NCBI GenBank assembly: GCA_963664705.1
Contig: OY761556.1
Location: forward strand, 4,096,001-4,160,000
Direction of reading: 5' to 3'
Source: Acidobacteriota bacterium
Lineage (GTDB): Bacteria; Acidobacteriota; UBA6911
Length of the DNA stretch: 64,000 bases
Part shown: one piece after another, positions 38,936-49,542 of the stretch
Layout of the letters: each line of letters opens with the position of its first letter
Numbering within the stretch: position 1 is the stretch's first letter
The notes under the pieces: generated by a model
The model's input: the letters and a program-made list of their open reading frames with translations, nothing else
Databases searched by the model: none
What the model was told of the DNA's origin: nothing
Translations under genes and position numbers: made by a program

Positions 38936-39721
38936 CTACGCCGGCATCACGCCGATCGGCGCTCCCGGCTTCAGGTCCAGTGCGGATGCGGCGGATCCAT
39001 TTTTCACACAGATTTCCAGATAGCCGCACGACCCTGGAACAACAAACGCTTCCCCGGGCGCCCCTTCCGCGAATGTCCCGCGGAAGTTCGCCACTTCCCT
39101 CTGCCCGGTCAAAATTATCTTTGATTTGGGCGGCACATCCTCCGGCCGCAGATTCGTGACCGCATTCCCGAACTGGTCGATCATCAGGATGGCGCCCTGG
39201 ATCACGCCTTCGCGCACCTTCTTGACCGCGGGAATCTTCAGTCGCACCGGATCCTCTATGCGCGGGCCGATTTGCTCCAGCGGAATGCCTCGGCTGATCC
39301 ATGCCGCAATAGGAGCAAAAATATCCCGGCCATGGAAGGTGTTGGCTACAGGCTTCCGAAAATAGTGGTCCGCCGTGATTTCGCAGGCGGTAAAATCCTC
39401 CTGACTGTCCATGACATAACTCAGGATTCCATTGTCCGGGGCCACGAAAAAATGACCGCCCGCGGTGGCAACCAGCGCTCTCCGCGCAGTCCCCACCCCC
39501 GGATCCACGACCGCAAGATGAACCGTCTTTGGGGGAAAGAGAGACCAGACCTGTCCCAACCGGAATGCTCCGCCAAAAACATCCTGCGGCGGAATCATAT
39601 GGCTGATGTCCACGAAGGCAAGGCCCGGATTCAGACCAAGCATGACTCCTTTCATTGCCGCCACAAAATGGTCCCGCAATCCGAAATCCGTCAACAACGT
39701 CACGATCCCCGAAGTCGTCAT
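38936..39721 (-). CDS. SAM hydroxide adenosyltransferase (DUF62; chlorinase/fluorinase family)
   Basis: TLLTDFG, VVDPGVG, APDNG, TFHGRDIFAP, IDQFGN..TN. Confidence 0.95.
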   Translation of the reverse strand: MTTSGIVTLLTDFGLRDHFVAAMKGVMLGLNPGLAFVDISHMIPPQDVFGGAFRLGQVWSLFPPKTVHLAVVDPGVGTARRALVATAGGHFFVAPDNGILSYVMDSQEDFTACEITADHYFRKPVANTFHGRDIFAPIAAWISRGIPLEQIGPRIEDPVRLKIPAVKKVREGVIQGAILMIDQFGNAVTNLRPEDVPPKSKIILTGQREVANFRGTFAEGAPGEAFVVPGSCGYLEICVKNGSAASALDLKPGAPIGVMPA

Positions 39722-39829
39722 AGATCCCCCAGTTATTCTTCCGTCATCAGCCAGCCTTCGCGATAGACAGATCTTGTTCCTATCGACTGGCTACTGGCGG
39801 CTGACGACTGATATGATATTCTAAACGGC

Positions 39830-40987
39830 ATGAAACAGAGAATTTATCTTGATAATAGCGCCACGACCCGAGTAGACGAATCGGTCATCGAAGCCATGCT
39901 GCCCTGTTTCAGGGAAACTTTTGGAAATGCCAGCTCCGTTCATCTCTTCGGCCAGGAAGCCCGGGGCATCATCGAAAATGCCCGGCGCTCCGTCGCCGAT
40001 CTCATCGGCGCCGACACGCGCGAAATCGTATTCACATCCGGAGGAACGGAATCGGACAACTCTGCCCTGTGGGGAATTTTCCGAAGCGCGCGCCGCCCCA
40101 GCAATCATATTATAACCACCAAAATCGAGCATCCCGCGGTCCTGACCACGTGCCGAACCATGGAAGCCGCCGGCGCAGAGGTTACCTATGTGCCGGTCGA
40201 TTCCTCCGGCCGCGTCGATCCTGGAGAAATCGAAAAAGCGGTCCGTGAAACCACGCTGCTCATCTCTGTCATGCATGCGAATAATGAAACGGGAGTGATT
40301 CAGCCGATCGAGGAGATCAGCCGGATTGCCCGCCAACACGGCATTCCGCTGCACACGGACGCGGTCCAGTCCGTGGGCAAAATTCCCGTGGATGTAAACA
40401 CTCTCGGCGTGGACCTGCTGTCGCTTTCCGGCCACAAAATTCACGGCCCCAAGGGAATCGGTGTCCTGTATATCCGGAAGGGGACCAAAATTTCTCCATT
40501 CATGACCGGAGGTTCTCACGAAAGAAAACGCCGCGCCGGAACTGAAAACGTTCCGGGCATCGCAGGCCTGGGCACGGCCGCCCGTCTTGCGCGGGAGCGC
40601 CTGCCGGAGATGCAGACACGCGTGGCGGCCCTGCGCGATCATCTCGAAAAGATCGCTACGGAAAAGATCTCCGGCGCACGCATCAACGGCCTGGAACCGC
40701 GGCTGCCCAACATTTTGAACATCTCTTTTGAGAGGCTTGAAGGCGAAGCCGCTGTCATTGCGCTGGATCTGGAAGGCATCGCGGTATCCACGGGATCCGC
40801 CTGCTCCGCGGGATCCGTGGATCCATCCCATGTGCTGATGGCAATGGGACTGCGCCCCGAGGTCGTCCAGAGTTCCCTGCGCTTCAGCCTCTGTTTCTAT
40901 AACACGGTGGAGGAAGTCGATAAAGCCGTCCAGACACTGGAGGCCATTATCCAGAGACTGCGAAAGCTCTCGAGGCACACAATCTGA
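39830..40987 (+). CDS. iscS: Cysteine desulfurase (IscS/NifS)
   Basis: IYLDNSATT, FTSGGTESDN, HTDAVQ, SGHKIHGPKG, STGSACS. Confidence 0.95.
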   Translation: MKQRIYLDNSATTRVDESVIEAMLPCFRETFGNASSVHLFGQEARGIIENARRSVADLIGADTREIVFTSGGTESDNSALWGIFRSARRPSNHIITTKIEHPAVLTTCRTMEAAGAEVTYVPVDSSGRVDPGEIEKAVRETTLLISVMHANNETGVIQPIEEISRIARQHGIPLHTDAVQSVGKIPVDVNTLGVDLLSLSGHKIHGPKGIGVLYIRKGTKISPFMTGGSHERKRRAGTENVPGIAGLGTAARLARERLPEMQTRVAALRDHLEKIATEKISGARINGLEPRLPNILNISFERLEGEAAVIALDLEGIAVSTGSACSAGSVDPSHVLMAMGLRPEVVQSSLRFSLCFYNTVEEVDKAVQTLEAIIQRLRKLSRHTI

Positions 40988-41051
40988 TCGGGATCGGCCG
41001 TTGAAATGGCGGCTTCCCGGCCTTGCTCATAAACAGGCTTCTGCGAGGACC

Positions 41052-42014
41052 ATGAACGACAGCGCACGCAAATCCGATTTGAGTCTTGCACGCACCCTCA
41101 TCCTCGATGAGCTGTTCGACCTCTCCCTGTACCGCAAGCTCCACTCGATCTGCGATGCAGAGTTGCAGAAGGTGCTCGAAGAACTGATAGCGGTCGAAGT
41201 CCGGCATTTCGCTTTTTGGCAACACTTCTTCAAGCTGCAACTCCCGAACCTCGGATTGTTCCGTCGGCTCAAGTTCTGGTTCATCGTCCTGGTCTGCCGG
41301 ATTTTCGGCGCACCCGCCATCGATCTTGTGCTGGAAGCCATCGAAGTCTTCGGCGTCCGGAAATACCTGGATGTCTGGGAGCGATACAAAGATGAACCGC
41401 TGGGACAGGCCGTGCGCGGGGTTCTGCAAGACGAATTCGGCCACGAAGACATGGTCGTCACGCGCGTCAAGGAGAGGATCATCAACCCGGATCGTGTCCG
41501 GAACATCTTCCTCGGAGTAAACGATGGCATGGTCGAGATTCTTGGCGCGGTCAGCGGCTTTTTCGCCAGCTTTGGGCAGAACTCGCTGGTGCTGGTAGCC
41601 GGGCTGACTACCGCCGTTGCCGGCGCCATCTCGATGGGAGCGGGCGCCTATGTCGCGCTGAGCTCAGAAGAGGAAGTTCGAAAAACACAGGATGAGAAGG
41701 CGAAGTTCATGGGAGAAACGGGCAACTCCTATCGCCGCGAGTCCGTATTCAAATCGGGCATCATCGTCGGCATCAGCTATTTCATCGGATCCTCCTTCCC
41801 CATGATGCCGGTTCTCTTCGGAGCCAAGACCGCGCTCCCGTCCGTTATTTGCGGAGGAAGCATGATCCTGCTGGTCTCGATCACCCTCGCGTTCCTCTCC
41901 GGCATGGATATCCGCAAACGAACGCTGACCAACCTGATCCTGATCGCACTCGCCGTCGGCATCACCTATCTGATCGGCATTTCCGTCCGATCACTCCTTG
42001 GCATCCGGATTTAG
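41052..42014 (+). CDS. VIT1/CCC1 iron transporter with N-terminal ferritin/rubrerythrin-like domain
   Basis: DE..D..LY, E.RH..FW, DE.GHE; R.IFLG.NDG, AGA.SMGAGAY. Confidence 0.9.
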   Translation: MNDSARKSDLSLARTLILDELFDLSLYRKLHSICDAELQKVLEELIAVEVRHFAFWQHFFKLQLPNLGLFRRLKFWFIVLVCRIFGAPAIDLVLEAIEVFGVRKYLDVWERYKDEPLGQAVRGVLQDEFGHEDMVVTRVKERIINPDRVRNIFLGVNDGMVEILGAVSGFFASFGQNSLVLVAGLTTAVAGAISMGAGAYVALSSEEEVRKTQDEKAKFMGETGNSYRRESVFKSGIIVGISYFIGSSFPMMPVLFGAKTALPSVICGGSMILLVSITLAFLSGMDIRKRTLTNLILIALAVGITYLIGISVRSLLGIRI

Positions 42015-42135
42015 GATAATTTTCCAGTGATCTTCGTGAAATCCGCGGCCTGCATTGCTTTTTTGCTCTGAATTTCTTTAGCCACACGAACTTGGTTCAC
42101 TTTTGAGGGCCTATTCTGCTACCCTGTGTAAGTAT

Positions 42136-43335
42136 ATGGAATGTTTTCCCAAGGATGAGGCTGCAACATTTTCGCCGCCTCCGTATGCCGTTATTTCGAC
42201 CGCAGAAGACTTTCAAAAAGTGCTTCCGTCGATCCTTGCTGCCCCAAGACTGGCCATCGATATCGAAGCGGACAGCCTGTATCACTACCATGAAAAGGTC
42301 TGCCTGATCCAGGTTTCCACGGATACCGACACTTCGATTCTGGATCCGCTGGCATTGACGGATCTGAAGGAATTGGGCCCTCTGTTTTCAAGCCCTTCCG
42401 TAGAAAAGGTTTTTCACGCGGCAAGCTATGACGTTCACTGCCTGCGCCGAGATTACGGATTCTCGTTCGTCAATATTTTTGACACGCATGTCGCCGCGCA
42501 GCTGCTTGGCTATGAGTTTCTCGGTCTCGGAGCCCTGATGGAGCAGATTCTTGGAGTTTATCACTCCAAGAGGCGACAACGGGACGACTGGTCGCATCGC
42601 CCGCTTGAATCGGAGCAGCTCGAGTATGCAGCCATGGACACGCATCACCTGCTGCGCTTGAGAGACGTGCTGGAAAATGATCTGCAGCAGAAGGGCCGGC
42701 TCAGCTGGGCGTTGGAAGAATTCGAAACCGCCGCGGCCATCGAGCGTCCCGAGAAGGAATTTGATACGGAGGGATTCCGGCGGATCAAAGGGAGCCGTGA
42801 TTTATCCCTGCAGGACCAGGTGATATTGCGCGCCCTCTACCTGCTGCGCGACACAATCGCGGAAAAACTGGACGTCCCGCCTTTCAAGGTCATGAACAAC
42901 TCGGTACTGATCGACCTCGTGCATCGGCCGCCCATATCCCCGCGCGAAATGTTCAAAAGACCGGGGATCTCTTACAGAGTCGCGCGAAAATTTACCTCCG
43001 ATATTCTCAAGACGATCTCGGAAGCTCGCAACCAGGACCCGTCGTTTCTCGAACAACCGCCGCGCAACAGCTGGAAGCCTCCCAGTCGCGCCGCCAAATC
43101 CCGGCTGGAAGCGCTCCGCCTCTGGAGACAGGAGAAGGCGGCCCAGCTCAAATTGCACGTGGGAGTTGTTTTTCCGGCTAATGTGCTGGAGAATCTGGCT
43201 GTAGCGCCTCCCGCGGACATCGATGAACTGGCCGGCATTCCCGGGATGCGCCGATGGCGTGTACGGGAATTCGGCGAGGAGATCGTGAGTATCCTCCGGA
43301 AATTGCAGCCCACGCCCGAAACACCATCCACTTAG
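42136..43335 (+). CDS. rnd: Ribonuclease D with HRDC domains
   Basis: AIDIEAD, CLIQ, KVFHAA.YD, FDT..AA, DWS.RPL...QLEYAA.D. Confidence 0.92.
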   Translation: MECFPKDEAATFSPPPYAVISTAEDFQKVLPSILAAPRLAIDIEADSLYHYHEKVCLIQVSTDTDTSILDPLALTDLKELGPLFSSPSVEKVFHAASYDVHCLRRDYGFSFVNIFDTHVAAQLLGYEFLGLGALMEQILGVYHSKRRQRDDWSHRPLESEQLEYAAMDTHHLLRLRDVLENDLQQKGRLSWALEEFETAAAIERPEKEFDTEGFRRIKGSRDLSLQDQVILRALYLLRDTIAEKLDVPPFKVMNNSVLIDLVHRPPISPREMFKRPGISYRVARKFTSDILKTISEARNQDPSFLEQPPRNSWKPPSRAAKSRLEALRLWRQEKAAQLKLHVGVVFPANVLENLAVAPPADIDELAGIPGMRRWRVREFGEEIVSILRKLQPTPETPST

Positions 43336-43363
43336 ATAGACGCTCGATCGTTTCAGGACCGCG

Positions 43364-44371
43364 ATGCCCAAGGTACGCCTGAAGACGGGTTGGCTGTACC
43401 ACCCGGTAACCATCTTCCTCTCCATCCAGGTTCTCTGGATCCTGCTGATGGTCGTGTGGATCTGGTGGTACATCGAAAAAAATACGCAACTTCGCGCCAT
43501 GGCGGAGCGGTTGCGGACTCACGTCGAGGTGGACGGCTTCGGCTGGATCCCGATGCTGGTCGGGGCTCTCCTGCTGACCCTGTTCCTGGCCGGCGCCACC
43601 GTCATCTTCATCTATTACGTCAAACAACACAGCCTCAACAAAATGCAGCGTGCCTTTGTCTCCAACGTGACCCACGAACTCAAATCGCCGGTCGCCTCGA
43701 TTCAACTGGCGCTCGAAACAATGGCGATAAGGGAACTCTCGCCGGAGAAAAAGCGCGAATACCTGGCCATGATGCTCGACGACACCGAGCGCCTCACCAC
43801 GCTGATCGACAGAATCCTCGGAGCTGCGCGCATTGAGAAAATGCGCGGGCGATATACACTCGCACCCGTCAGCATGCGGCATTTCCTCGAAGAGGTCCTC
43901 ACCGAGGACCGGCATCTCTACGAGAAAGACGGCCGCACCATCATTCTGGAAAAGGGACGAGATGCCCGCGTTGCCATCGACCGAGCAGCCATGCGCGTCG
44001 TCCTGGCTAACCTGCTCGAAAACGCGGCACGCTATTCGCCCAGGGACTCCAAAATTCGGATTCGCCTGCACCGGGACCTGCGGAGCTGCCGGCTCGATGT
44101 CATCGATACCGGCGATGGGATCAGAAGCAAAGACCTCAAAAACGTGTTCAAGATGTTCTGGAGAAGCTCGGAAGAACAGAAATCACGCGTGCGCGGCACA
44201 GGGCTCGGACTCTATATCGTTCGCAATATCGTAAAAGATCATGGAGGCAAGGCATGGGTGTCCAGCCAGGGGATCGGCCGCGGATCCACCTTCAGCGTGC
44301 GCCTGCCCCGCTTCCGGAAATATTGGAGTCTCCCGGCCCGAAAGAGCCTGGTTGCGCAAGCGGAAAAATAG
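43364..44371 (+). CDS. Membrane sensor histidine kinase
   Basis: Two TMs; VTHELKSP; NLLENA; D.G.GI; GTGLGL. Confidence 0.94.
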   Translation: MPKVRLKTGWLYHPVTIFLSIQVLWILLMVVWIWWYIEKNTQLRAMAERLRTHVEVDGFGWIPMLVGALLLTLFLAGATVIFIYYVKQHSLNKMQRAFVSNVTHELKSPVASIQLALETMAIRELSPEKKREYLAMMLDDTERLTTLIDRILGAARIEKMRGRYTLAPVSMRHFLEEVLTEDRHLYEKDGRTIILEKGRDARVAIDRAAMRVVLANLLENAARYSPRDSKIRIRLHRDLRSCRLDVIDTGDGIRSKDLKNVFKMFWRSSEEQKSRVRGTGLGLYIVRNIVKDHGGKAWVSSQGIGRGSTFSVRLPRFRKYWSLPARKSLVAQAEK

Positions 44372-44407
44372 AATTCGAGGCCTGCTTCAGGCCGCTGTTG
44401 AGCGATT

Positions 44408-45100
44408 ATGAAACCACGCATTCTTCTGGTCGAAGATGAACTAAATCTGGCGCGACCGCTTCAATTCAACCTGGAACAGGATGGATATGATGTCCAGGCC
44501 ACACCGAGCGGGAAAAAAGCGCTCCAGATGCACGCCAGTGAACCCTTCCACCTGATCATTCTCGACCTCATGATCGAGGAAATGGATGGGTTTGAAGTTG
44601 CCCGCCAGCTGCGCCAGCGCGATCAGAGACTCCCGATTATCATGCTTACCGCGCGCTCGGCTATCGAGGATCGCATCCACGGGCTCGAAATGGGCGCCGA
44701 CGACTACATGATCAAACCGTTTCACCTGCGCGAATTGCTGCTGCGAGTCGAACGGATGCTCGAACGCACAACCTGGTACGCTGCTAATACGCCTCCGCCG
44801 CAGCCATTGGTCATCGGCCGCTACTCGGTGGATCTCGAGAAACTCAGCGGCAGCGGCCCGCGCGGGCCGCTGCAGTTGACCGCACTGGAAGCCGGCCTGC
44901 TGGAAACGCTGACGACGCATCCGAACCACGTGTTCACGCGCGGCGAACTCCTGGAAAAAGTCTGGGGATATCACTCGGAAGTGGAGACGCGAACCGTGGA
45001 TAATTTTATTGTTCGCTTGAGAAAGTATTTCGAGGAAGAACCGGAACAACCGCGACATTTTGTGAGCCTTCGCGGCAAAGGGTACATGTATGTTCCGTAA
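44408..45100 (+). CDS. OmpR-family response regulator
   Basis: LLVEDE, LDLM, LTAR, GADDYM.KPF, TRTVDNFI.RLR, RG.GY. Confidence 0.95.
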   Translation: MKPRILLVEDELNLARPLQFNLEQDGYDVQATPSGKKALQMHASEPFHLIILDLMIEEMDGFEVARQLRQRDQRLPIIMLTARSAIEDRIHGLEMGADDYMIKPFHLRELLLRVERMLERTTWYAANTPPPQPLVIGRYSVDLEKLSGSGPRGPLQLTALEAGLLETLTTHPNHVFTRGELLEKVWGYHSEVETRTVDNFIVRLRKYFEEEPEQPRHFVSLRGKGYMYVP

Positions 45101-45123
45101 TCCACAGGGAGCGGGCGAGACGC

Positions 45124-45441
45124 GATTTCAGATTTCAGATTCCAGATTCCGGATTCCGGATTCCAGATTCCGTAATATAACCCCGGGCTCGCAAACTCGC
45201 CCGGAGCTACTATCTTTCGCGCCTCCGGCGCTGGATCTTTGTTCCATCTATATACTAAGCACCGGAACCGCGCCTCATCCAGCCCCGGCAGGGGCGATCA
45301 GAAAGTAGCCAGGGGTGAGCGGAGCGAACCCCTGGTAGAGGAGCGAAAAAATTGGAGCCCTGAAGGGGCGAAAGAAGGGCAATTGCGAGAGACGCAGGCT
45401 GTCCCGGTGCGCTCCCAGTCTGGAATCAAAAATTTTGAATC
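45124..45441. repeat. Composite heptamer array + REP element
   Basis: (gattcca/gattccg)n 45124-45171; gccccggcaggggcgatcagaaagtagccaggggtgagc; gccctgaaggggcgaaagaa; gcgctcccagtctggaatc. Confidence 0.82.
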
Positions 45442-46216
45442 AATAGTATTCCGGGTGCTTTTCTTTCAGGCGCGCCAGATTCTTCTTTCGATTCTCGCCC
45501 CGCTCTTCGCTGTTGAACACGGCTTTGGCCGTCAGGCTCGAGTGATGAAGAACGTAGGTATCCAGGGAAAGCCCCAGGACATATCCGGATTTGCGAAGCC
45601 GCCGGCAGTAGTCATCATCATCTCCGCCGTGGCTGAAATTCTCATCCAGAAGGCCGATGGAATCGATCGTTCTTCTCTTGAGCGCCACGCAGAAAAAGGC
45701 GAGCATTCCTTCAACCAGGATTCCGGCACGGCGAAAATGGTAGCCAAGGATCCGGTTGCGTTCGTGCAGATCCTCGGTGAGGAACTTGGGTATCTGGGGC
45801 ACCAGGGTTTCACGTACGCGCTCCACGCACTGCCAGTCGGCCGGGCTTGAATTCAGCGGCCCGACCGCACCGATGCGCGGATGCGTGTTCAAAAACGTAA
45901 TCATGTTTCCCAGCCATCCCTGCGAAACTTCGATATCGTTGTTCATAAGAACAACATAGGGACTCTGGCCAAGCGAAATGCCCTGGTTGATGGCGCCGCA
46001 CCAGCCGCGATTCTCGCGATTGCGGACAATGGTGATGCGGTTCGTATAGATTTTGTGCAGATCGATTGTTTCATCGGTGGAGGCATTATCAATGATGTAG
46101 ATATGAAATGGCACATCCGTGTATCGATAGATGCCTTCAATAAGATTGCGCGTATAGGCGTACTGATTATGAACCGGGATGATCAAATCTGCGGTATTTT
46201 CTGACTGAACGCTCAT
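45440..46216 (-). CDS. Glycosyltransferase family 2
   Basis: IIPVHNQ, IIDNASTDET, NRG...AINQG, LMNND, LDENF..GG.DDDYC.R. Confidence 0.92.
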   Translation of the reverse strand: MSVQSENTADLIIPVHNQYAYTRNLIEGIYRYTDVPFHIYIIDNASTDETIDLHKIYTNRITIVRNRENRGWCGAINQGISLGQSPYVVLMNNDIEVSQGWLGNMITFLNTHPRIGAVGPLNSSPADWQCVERVRETLVPQIPKFLTEDLHERNRILGYHFRRAGILVEGMLAFFCVALKRRTIDSIGLLDENFSHGGDDDDYCRRLRKSGYVLGLSLDTYVLHHSSLTAKAVFNSEERGENRKKNLARLKEKHPEYY

Positions 46217-46347
46217 GGTCTAATCCTGCATTGTATATTTGCGTCTCCCAGTACATATCGACCATGAGTGGAAAACCTGAATGTTTTTAAGCGGAAGGAT
46301 TTGAGCCGCATCCGGGGCGATTCCGGCGTCTCCCCGGGTGCGGGCAA

Positions 46348-47256
46348 TTATGATTTGGGCGCGTAGTATCCTTTGCGGGCGCGGACGCGAACGCCCCGCA
46401 CTTTGCAGCGCAGATCAATCGAGCGGTAGGATCCGTCCTTTTTCTTATTCGTTGCGCTATACGCCAGGCTGTACTGGCCTTGAATATCCTCGCCGATGGC
46501 CTTGAAGGCATCCTGGATTTCGGTGAACTTGGCGCGTGGAGAGAAGAAGACGCCCCCGGTCTCCTCGGCAAACTTTTTCAGCACCCCGAAATTGGTCGAT
46601 TCATCCCCACGCACGCCGATGCCATAGATGAGCACGTCATTTTTCTGCGCAGCCTGGATGGCGTCCTCCTTTTTCATCTTGCTGGAGGTATCATCCCCGT
46701 CGGTAATGACGACCATGACCTTCCGGCCGACCTCGCCTTTGAGTTTTTCGTCCGCGGCGAGAAATACCGCATCATAGAGAGCCGTGCTGTTTCCCGCCCG
46801 GAGGCTCTCGAGAGCGTTCAGCAGTTCTTTCTGGCTTTGGGTAAAATCCTGAACCAGGTTCACATCCGCGTCGAATTGGATGATCAGCGCAAGATCCTTA
46901 TTGCGACGAAGCACCTCTTTGAAGAATTCCGAGGCGGTGGCTTTCTCGAAATCGAGCTTGTTCTTGACGCTGCCGCTGGTGTCGATAAGCAGGGCAATCG
47001 TCAGCGGGACATCGCTTGTTTTTCCAAGCGTGTCGAAATACTCGATCTGTTGGGGGACTCCGTTTTCGAAGATCTGAAAATCCTCCGCCTTCAGTCCGTG
47101 GACGGGATGTCCCTTTCCATCAACCGCGGTGAAAACCACATTGACCAGGGCTACCTCGGCGCGAATGGTTGTTTGGGCATCCTGGGCTTGAAGGCTGCAT
47201 ACGGACAGAATCGGACTTAAAAGGAGAACGCTGGCGATCAGAGGGTGAATGCGCAT
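46348..47256 (-). CDS. VWA domain protein (Acidobacterial type)
   Basis: Signal peptide; LLIDTSGS MIDAS, TALYDAV, VITDGDD, AEETGG, QYSLAY, ARKGYYA. Confidence 0.93.
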   Translation of the reverse strand: MRIHPLIASVLLLSPILSVCSLQAQDAQTTIRAEVALVNVVFTAVDGKGHPVHGLKAEDFQIFENGVPQQIEYFDTLGKTSDVPLTIALLIDTSGSVKNKLDFEKATASEFFKEVLRRNKDLALIIQFDADVNLVQDFTQSQKELLNALESLRAGNSTALYDAVFLAADEKLKGEVGRKVMVVITDGDDTSSKMKKEDAIQAAQKNDVLIYGIGVRGDESTNFGVLKKFAEETGGVFFSPRAKFTEIQDAFKAIGEDIQGQYSLAYSATNKKKDGSYRSIDLRCKVRGVRVRARKGYYAPKS

Positions 47257-47265
47257 GGCACCTCC

Positions 47266-48075
47266 TCAATGCGCACGGGGAGTAACCCGCAGCGATATGT
47301 CCACGATTCCGTTTTCATCGTCCATTTTCATATCGACATCGGAATCGGAGATAGGCTCATAGATGCGCGCCTGGTTGAGATACTGTAGGGTGAGGGAAAG
47401 CATTTCCGGATTGAAAATCCCCCCCTCGCTGAAGAAAAGACGTTTTTTCAGATCCAGCGGATTCACGGCACCGCCACTGATAATGTTGATTTTGCCGACG
47501 GTGTATATTTTCCCCTCCGCACATTCCATCGTGCAATCGACAGTCCGTCCCGATTCATTGATGGATTCCCGCAGAGGGCAGCGCGCCCCCATGTAGCCCA
47601 GCGCTCTGAAGGAATCCTCAACTCTGGCCTGCCATTGAGACGCTTTATCCGGGCTGTAGGGCTGATTTTTCTTGAGAGGACATAGCTGCATAAGAGTTTC
47701 CGCGGCAATCGCCTTTGTTTCCCTTACCGCCAATTTTCCCGTTGTGTACCGGGGCCCTTCCTTCACCGTGATTCGAATGACGGCTGTCTTCTCCTCACCG
47801 GCCGCCTGGATCCGAACATCCGGTAATCCTAATTGTACCTTTAGAAAGCCGGCATCCCGGTATATTTTCTCTACCTGGAGCAAATCGTTCGGCAGTAATG
47901 CCGCAACATAGGAATTCCCTTCCCGACAATACCGCAAGGCCATTTTGAGCTGTGCGGTGCTGACCAGCTCATTCCCCTCGAACTGAACGGATGCAATCCG
48001 CGTTGGATGATCCTGGGAGATGGAGACCGCCGGGAATAATAGAAGTGCGGAAAAAAGCAGGCAAAAACTTCGCAT
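47266..48075 (-). CDS. POTRA domain protein (BamA N-terminal-like, no barrel)
   Basis: I.S.QFEGN..VS..QL; Y.D.GF..V.L; I.V.EGPRY; EG..Y.VGKI. Confidence 0.85.
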   Translation of the reverse strand: MRSFCLLFSALLLFPAVSISQDHPTRIASVQFEGNELVSTAQLKMALRYCREGNSYVAALLPNDLLQVEKIYRDAGFLKVQLGLPDVRIQAAGEEKTAVIRITVKEGPRYTTGKLAVRETKAIAAETLMQLCPLKKNQPYSPDKASQWQARVEDSFRALGYMGARCPLRESINESGRTVDCTMECAEGKIYTVGKINIISGGAVNPLDLKKRLFFSEGGIFNPEMLSLTLQYLNQARIYEPISDSDVDMKMDDENGIVDISLRVTPRAH

Positions 48076-48157
48076 AAGAAGGCTTCAGTGGTCATTCACA
48101 TCATTCATGGCGGCTTTTGCCCTGTTTTGCCACAAACCTGTGAACCACACAAAAGAA

Positions 48158-48868
48158 TTAGGTGTTTTCTCTGGAAAAAAGGATGCGGGAGCAGCTGTCG
48201 CAGGCGTGAATGCTTTCGGTGCGCATCAACTCCGCATACATCTGGGGCCGGATACGAACATGACAGGCACTGCAGAGCTCGTCCTTTGCCTCCGCCAGGG
48301 CAATCCCCTTCCTTGCATCGGCGATGCGCCGGTACCTGGACAGCAGTTCGGTTCCGACCTGAGATTCCATCAGTCCTCTCTGCCCGCCCAGCTGCGTCAG
48401 TTCGGCTTCGATGGCCGGAATGGAATCCGCGGCCTTCTTGATCTCTTCCTGGATTGCGGCGCAATTCTTCTGCATTTCCTGTTCCGCGCCCTTCAACTGC
48501 TTTTCCATCCCTTCCATCTCTTCCATGAATTCCAGAATTTTGTCTTCCTCATTGCGGATAGCGTCTTCCGCCATCTGGATTTCGTGAAGCATGGCCGTGT
48601 ATTCCTTGTTGGTCTTGACCGTCATGAGCTGATCTTTCAATTTTGAAAGCTTGGTTCGATTCAGATCAACCTGTCCTTCAAGGGTACGCCGGTGGTTGGC
48701 GAGATCTTTAAAATGCGTAACGCGATCCTGATGTTCCGCACGGATGCGTTGAATTTCACTCTCGAGCTGTTGATTTTTGCTGGGAATTTCGGAGGCTTGT
48801 TTTTGCAGACTGGCGATCTTCAGTTCCAGGTCTTGTAGGGCTATCAGGTTCCGAAGATCAGGATTCAC
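48158..48868 (-). CDS. Coiled-coil C4 zinc-ribbon protein (CT398/DUF164-like)
   Basis: GTG start; L..LQ.L.L; VKTNKEY.A..HEI; CSACH...CDSCSRIL. Confidence 0.92.
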   Translation of the reverse strand: MNPDLRNLIALQDLELKIASLQKQASEIPSKNQQLESEIQRIRAEHQDRVTHFKDLANHRRTLEGQVDLNRTKLSKLKDQLMTVKTNKEYTAMLHEIQMAEDAIRNEEDKILEFMEEMEGMEKQLKGAEQEMQKNCAAIQEEIKKAADSIPAIEAELTQLGGQRGLMESQVGTELLSRYRRIADARKGIALAEAKDELCSACHVRIRPQMYAELMRTESIHACDSCSRILFSRENT

Positions 48869-49022
48869 CTTTTCGCCCCCTCCAACGAAGCAATCCTGGA
48901 GGAGGACACTGCCCACATTTGGAGCGGGCTGGCATACCTGCAGTCTCGTCTGTCGTTTTGTGCGTATGTCATAAGCCTATACGAGTAGGCAATATACACT
49001 TTAAGGTGGGTAAGTGTCAATT

Positions 49023-49052
49023 GTCAGTAGGCAGCAGGCAGTGGGTAGTGGG
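49023..49052. repeat. Heptamer array, left arm of the inverted pair around dtd
   Basis: gtcagtaggcagcaggcagtgggtagtggg; 28/30 reverse-complement match to 49543-49572. Confidence 0.8.
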
Positions 49053-49062
49053 CAGGATAGAC

Positions 49063-49091
49063 TTGACGAATTCGGGAAAGCACTCCAGAAT
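49063..49091 (+). promoter_or_regulatory. Sigma70-like promoter of dtd (probably leaderless or near-leaderless)
   Basis: TTGACG-17nt-CAGAAT, with ATG 8 nt downstream and no SD. Confidence 0.55.
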
Positions 49092-49099
49092 CTGCCGGT

Positions 49100-49537
49100 A
49101 TGAGAGCCGTTGTGCAGAGAGTGGCAAAAGCGGAGGTTGTGGTTGACGGCAATTGCGTAGGTCGCATTGGACACGGAATCCTGGCGCTTGTTGCAATTTC
49201 GAGAAATGATACCGAGAAAGAACTGCACTGGATGGCCAGGAAAATTGTTGAACTGAGAATGTTTGACGACCCCGAAGGCAAGTTAAATCTCAGCCTGCAG
49301 GAGGTAAAGGGACAGTTGCTCGTTGTTTCCCAATTTACGCTTTATGGAGATTGTAAAAAAGGACGGCGTCCTTCTTATATTGAAGCGGCTCTGCCTGCGG
49401 AGGCGGAAAAGCTATATCACCAGTTTGTAGATATTGTCCGGCAATTTGTTCCGGATGTCCAAACAGGCAAATTTCGAGCCATGATGGATGTCCAGTTAAC
49501 GAATTCCGGTCCCGTCACCCTTATCCTCGAAAATTAG
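49100..49537 (+). CDS. dtd: D-aminoacyl-tRNA deacylase
   Basis: MRAVVQRV, LVVSQFTL.GD..KGRRPS, G.F.A.M.V...N.GPVT. Confidence 0.97.
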   Translation: MRAVVQRVAKAEVVVDGNCVGRIGHGILALVAISRNDTEKELHWMARKIVELRMFDDPEGKLNLSLQEVKGQLLVVSQFTLYGDCKKGRRPSYIEAALPAEAEKLYHQFVDIVRQFVPDVQTGKFRAMMDVQLTNSGPVTLILEN

Positions 49538-49542
49538 TATTC

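Noticed and set aside
38936-39721. Halogenase (fluorinase/chlorinase) interpretation
   Set aside because: The housekeeping context and the DPGVG/HGRD motifs fit the widespread DUF62 SAM hydrolase.
39821-40978. 385-aa antisense ORF (also 38241-39302, 55500-56822, 25496-26473 and similar)
   Set aside because: Shadow frames of well-supported genes in GC-rich DNA, with no recognisable motifs.
48870-49000. Possible structured RNA leader upstream of the zinc-ribbon gene
   Set aside because: I could not match it to RNase P RNA, a riboswitch or any consistent fold by eye.
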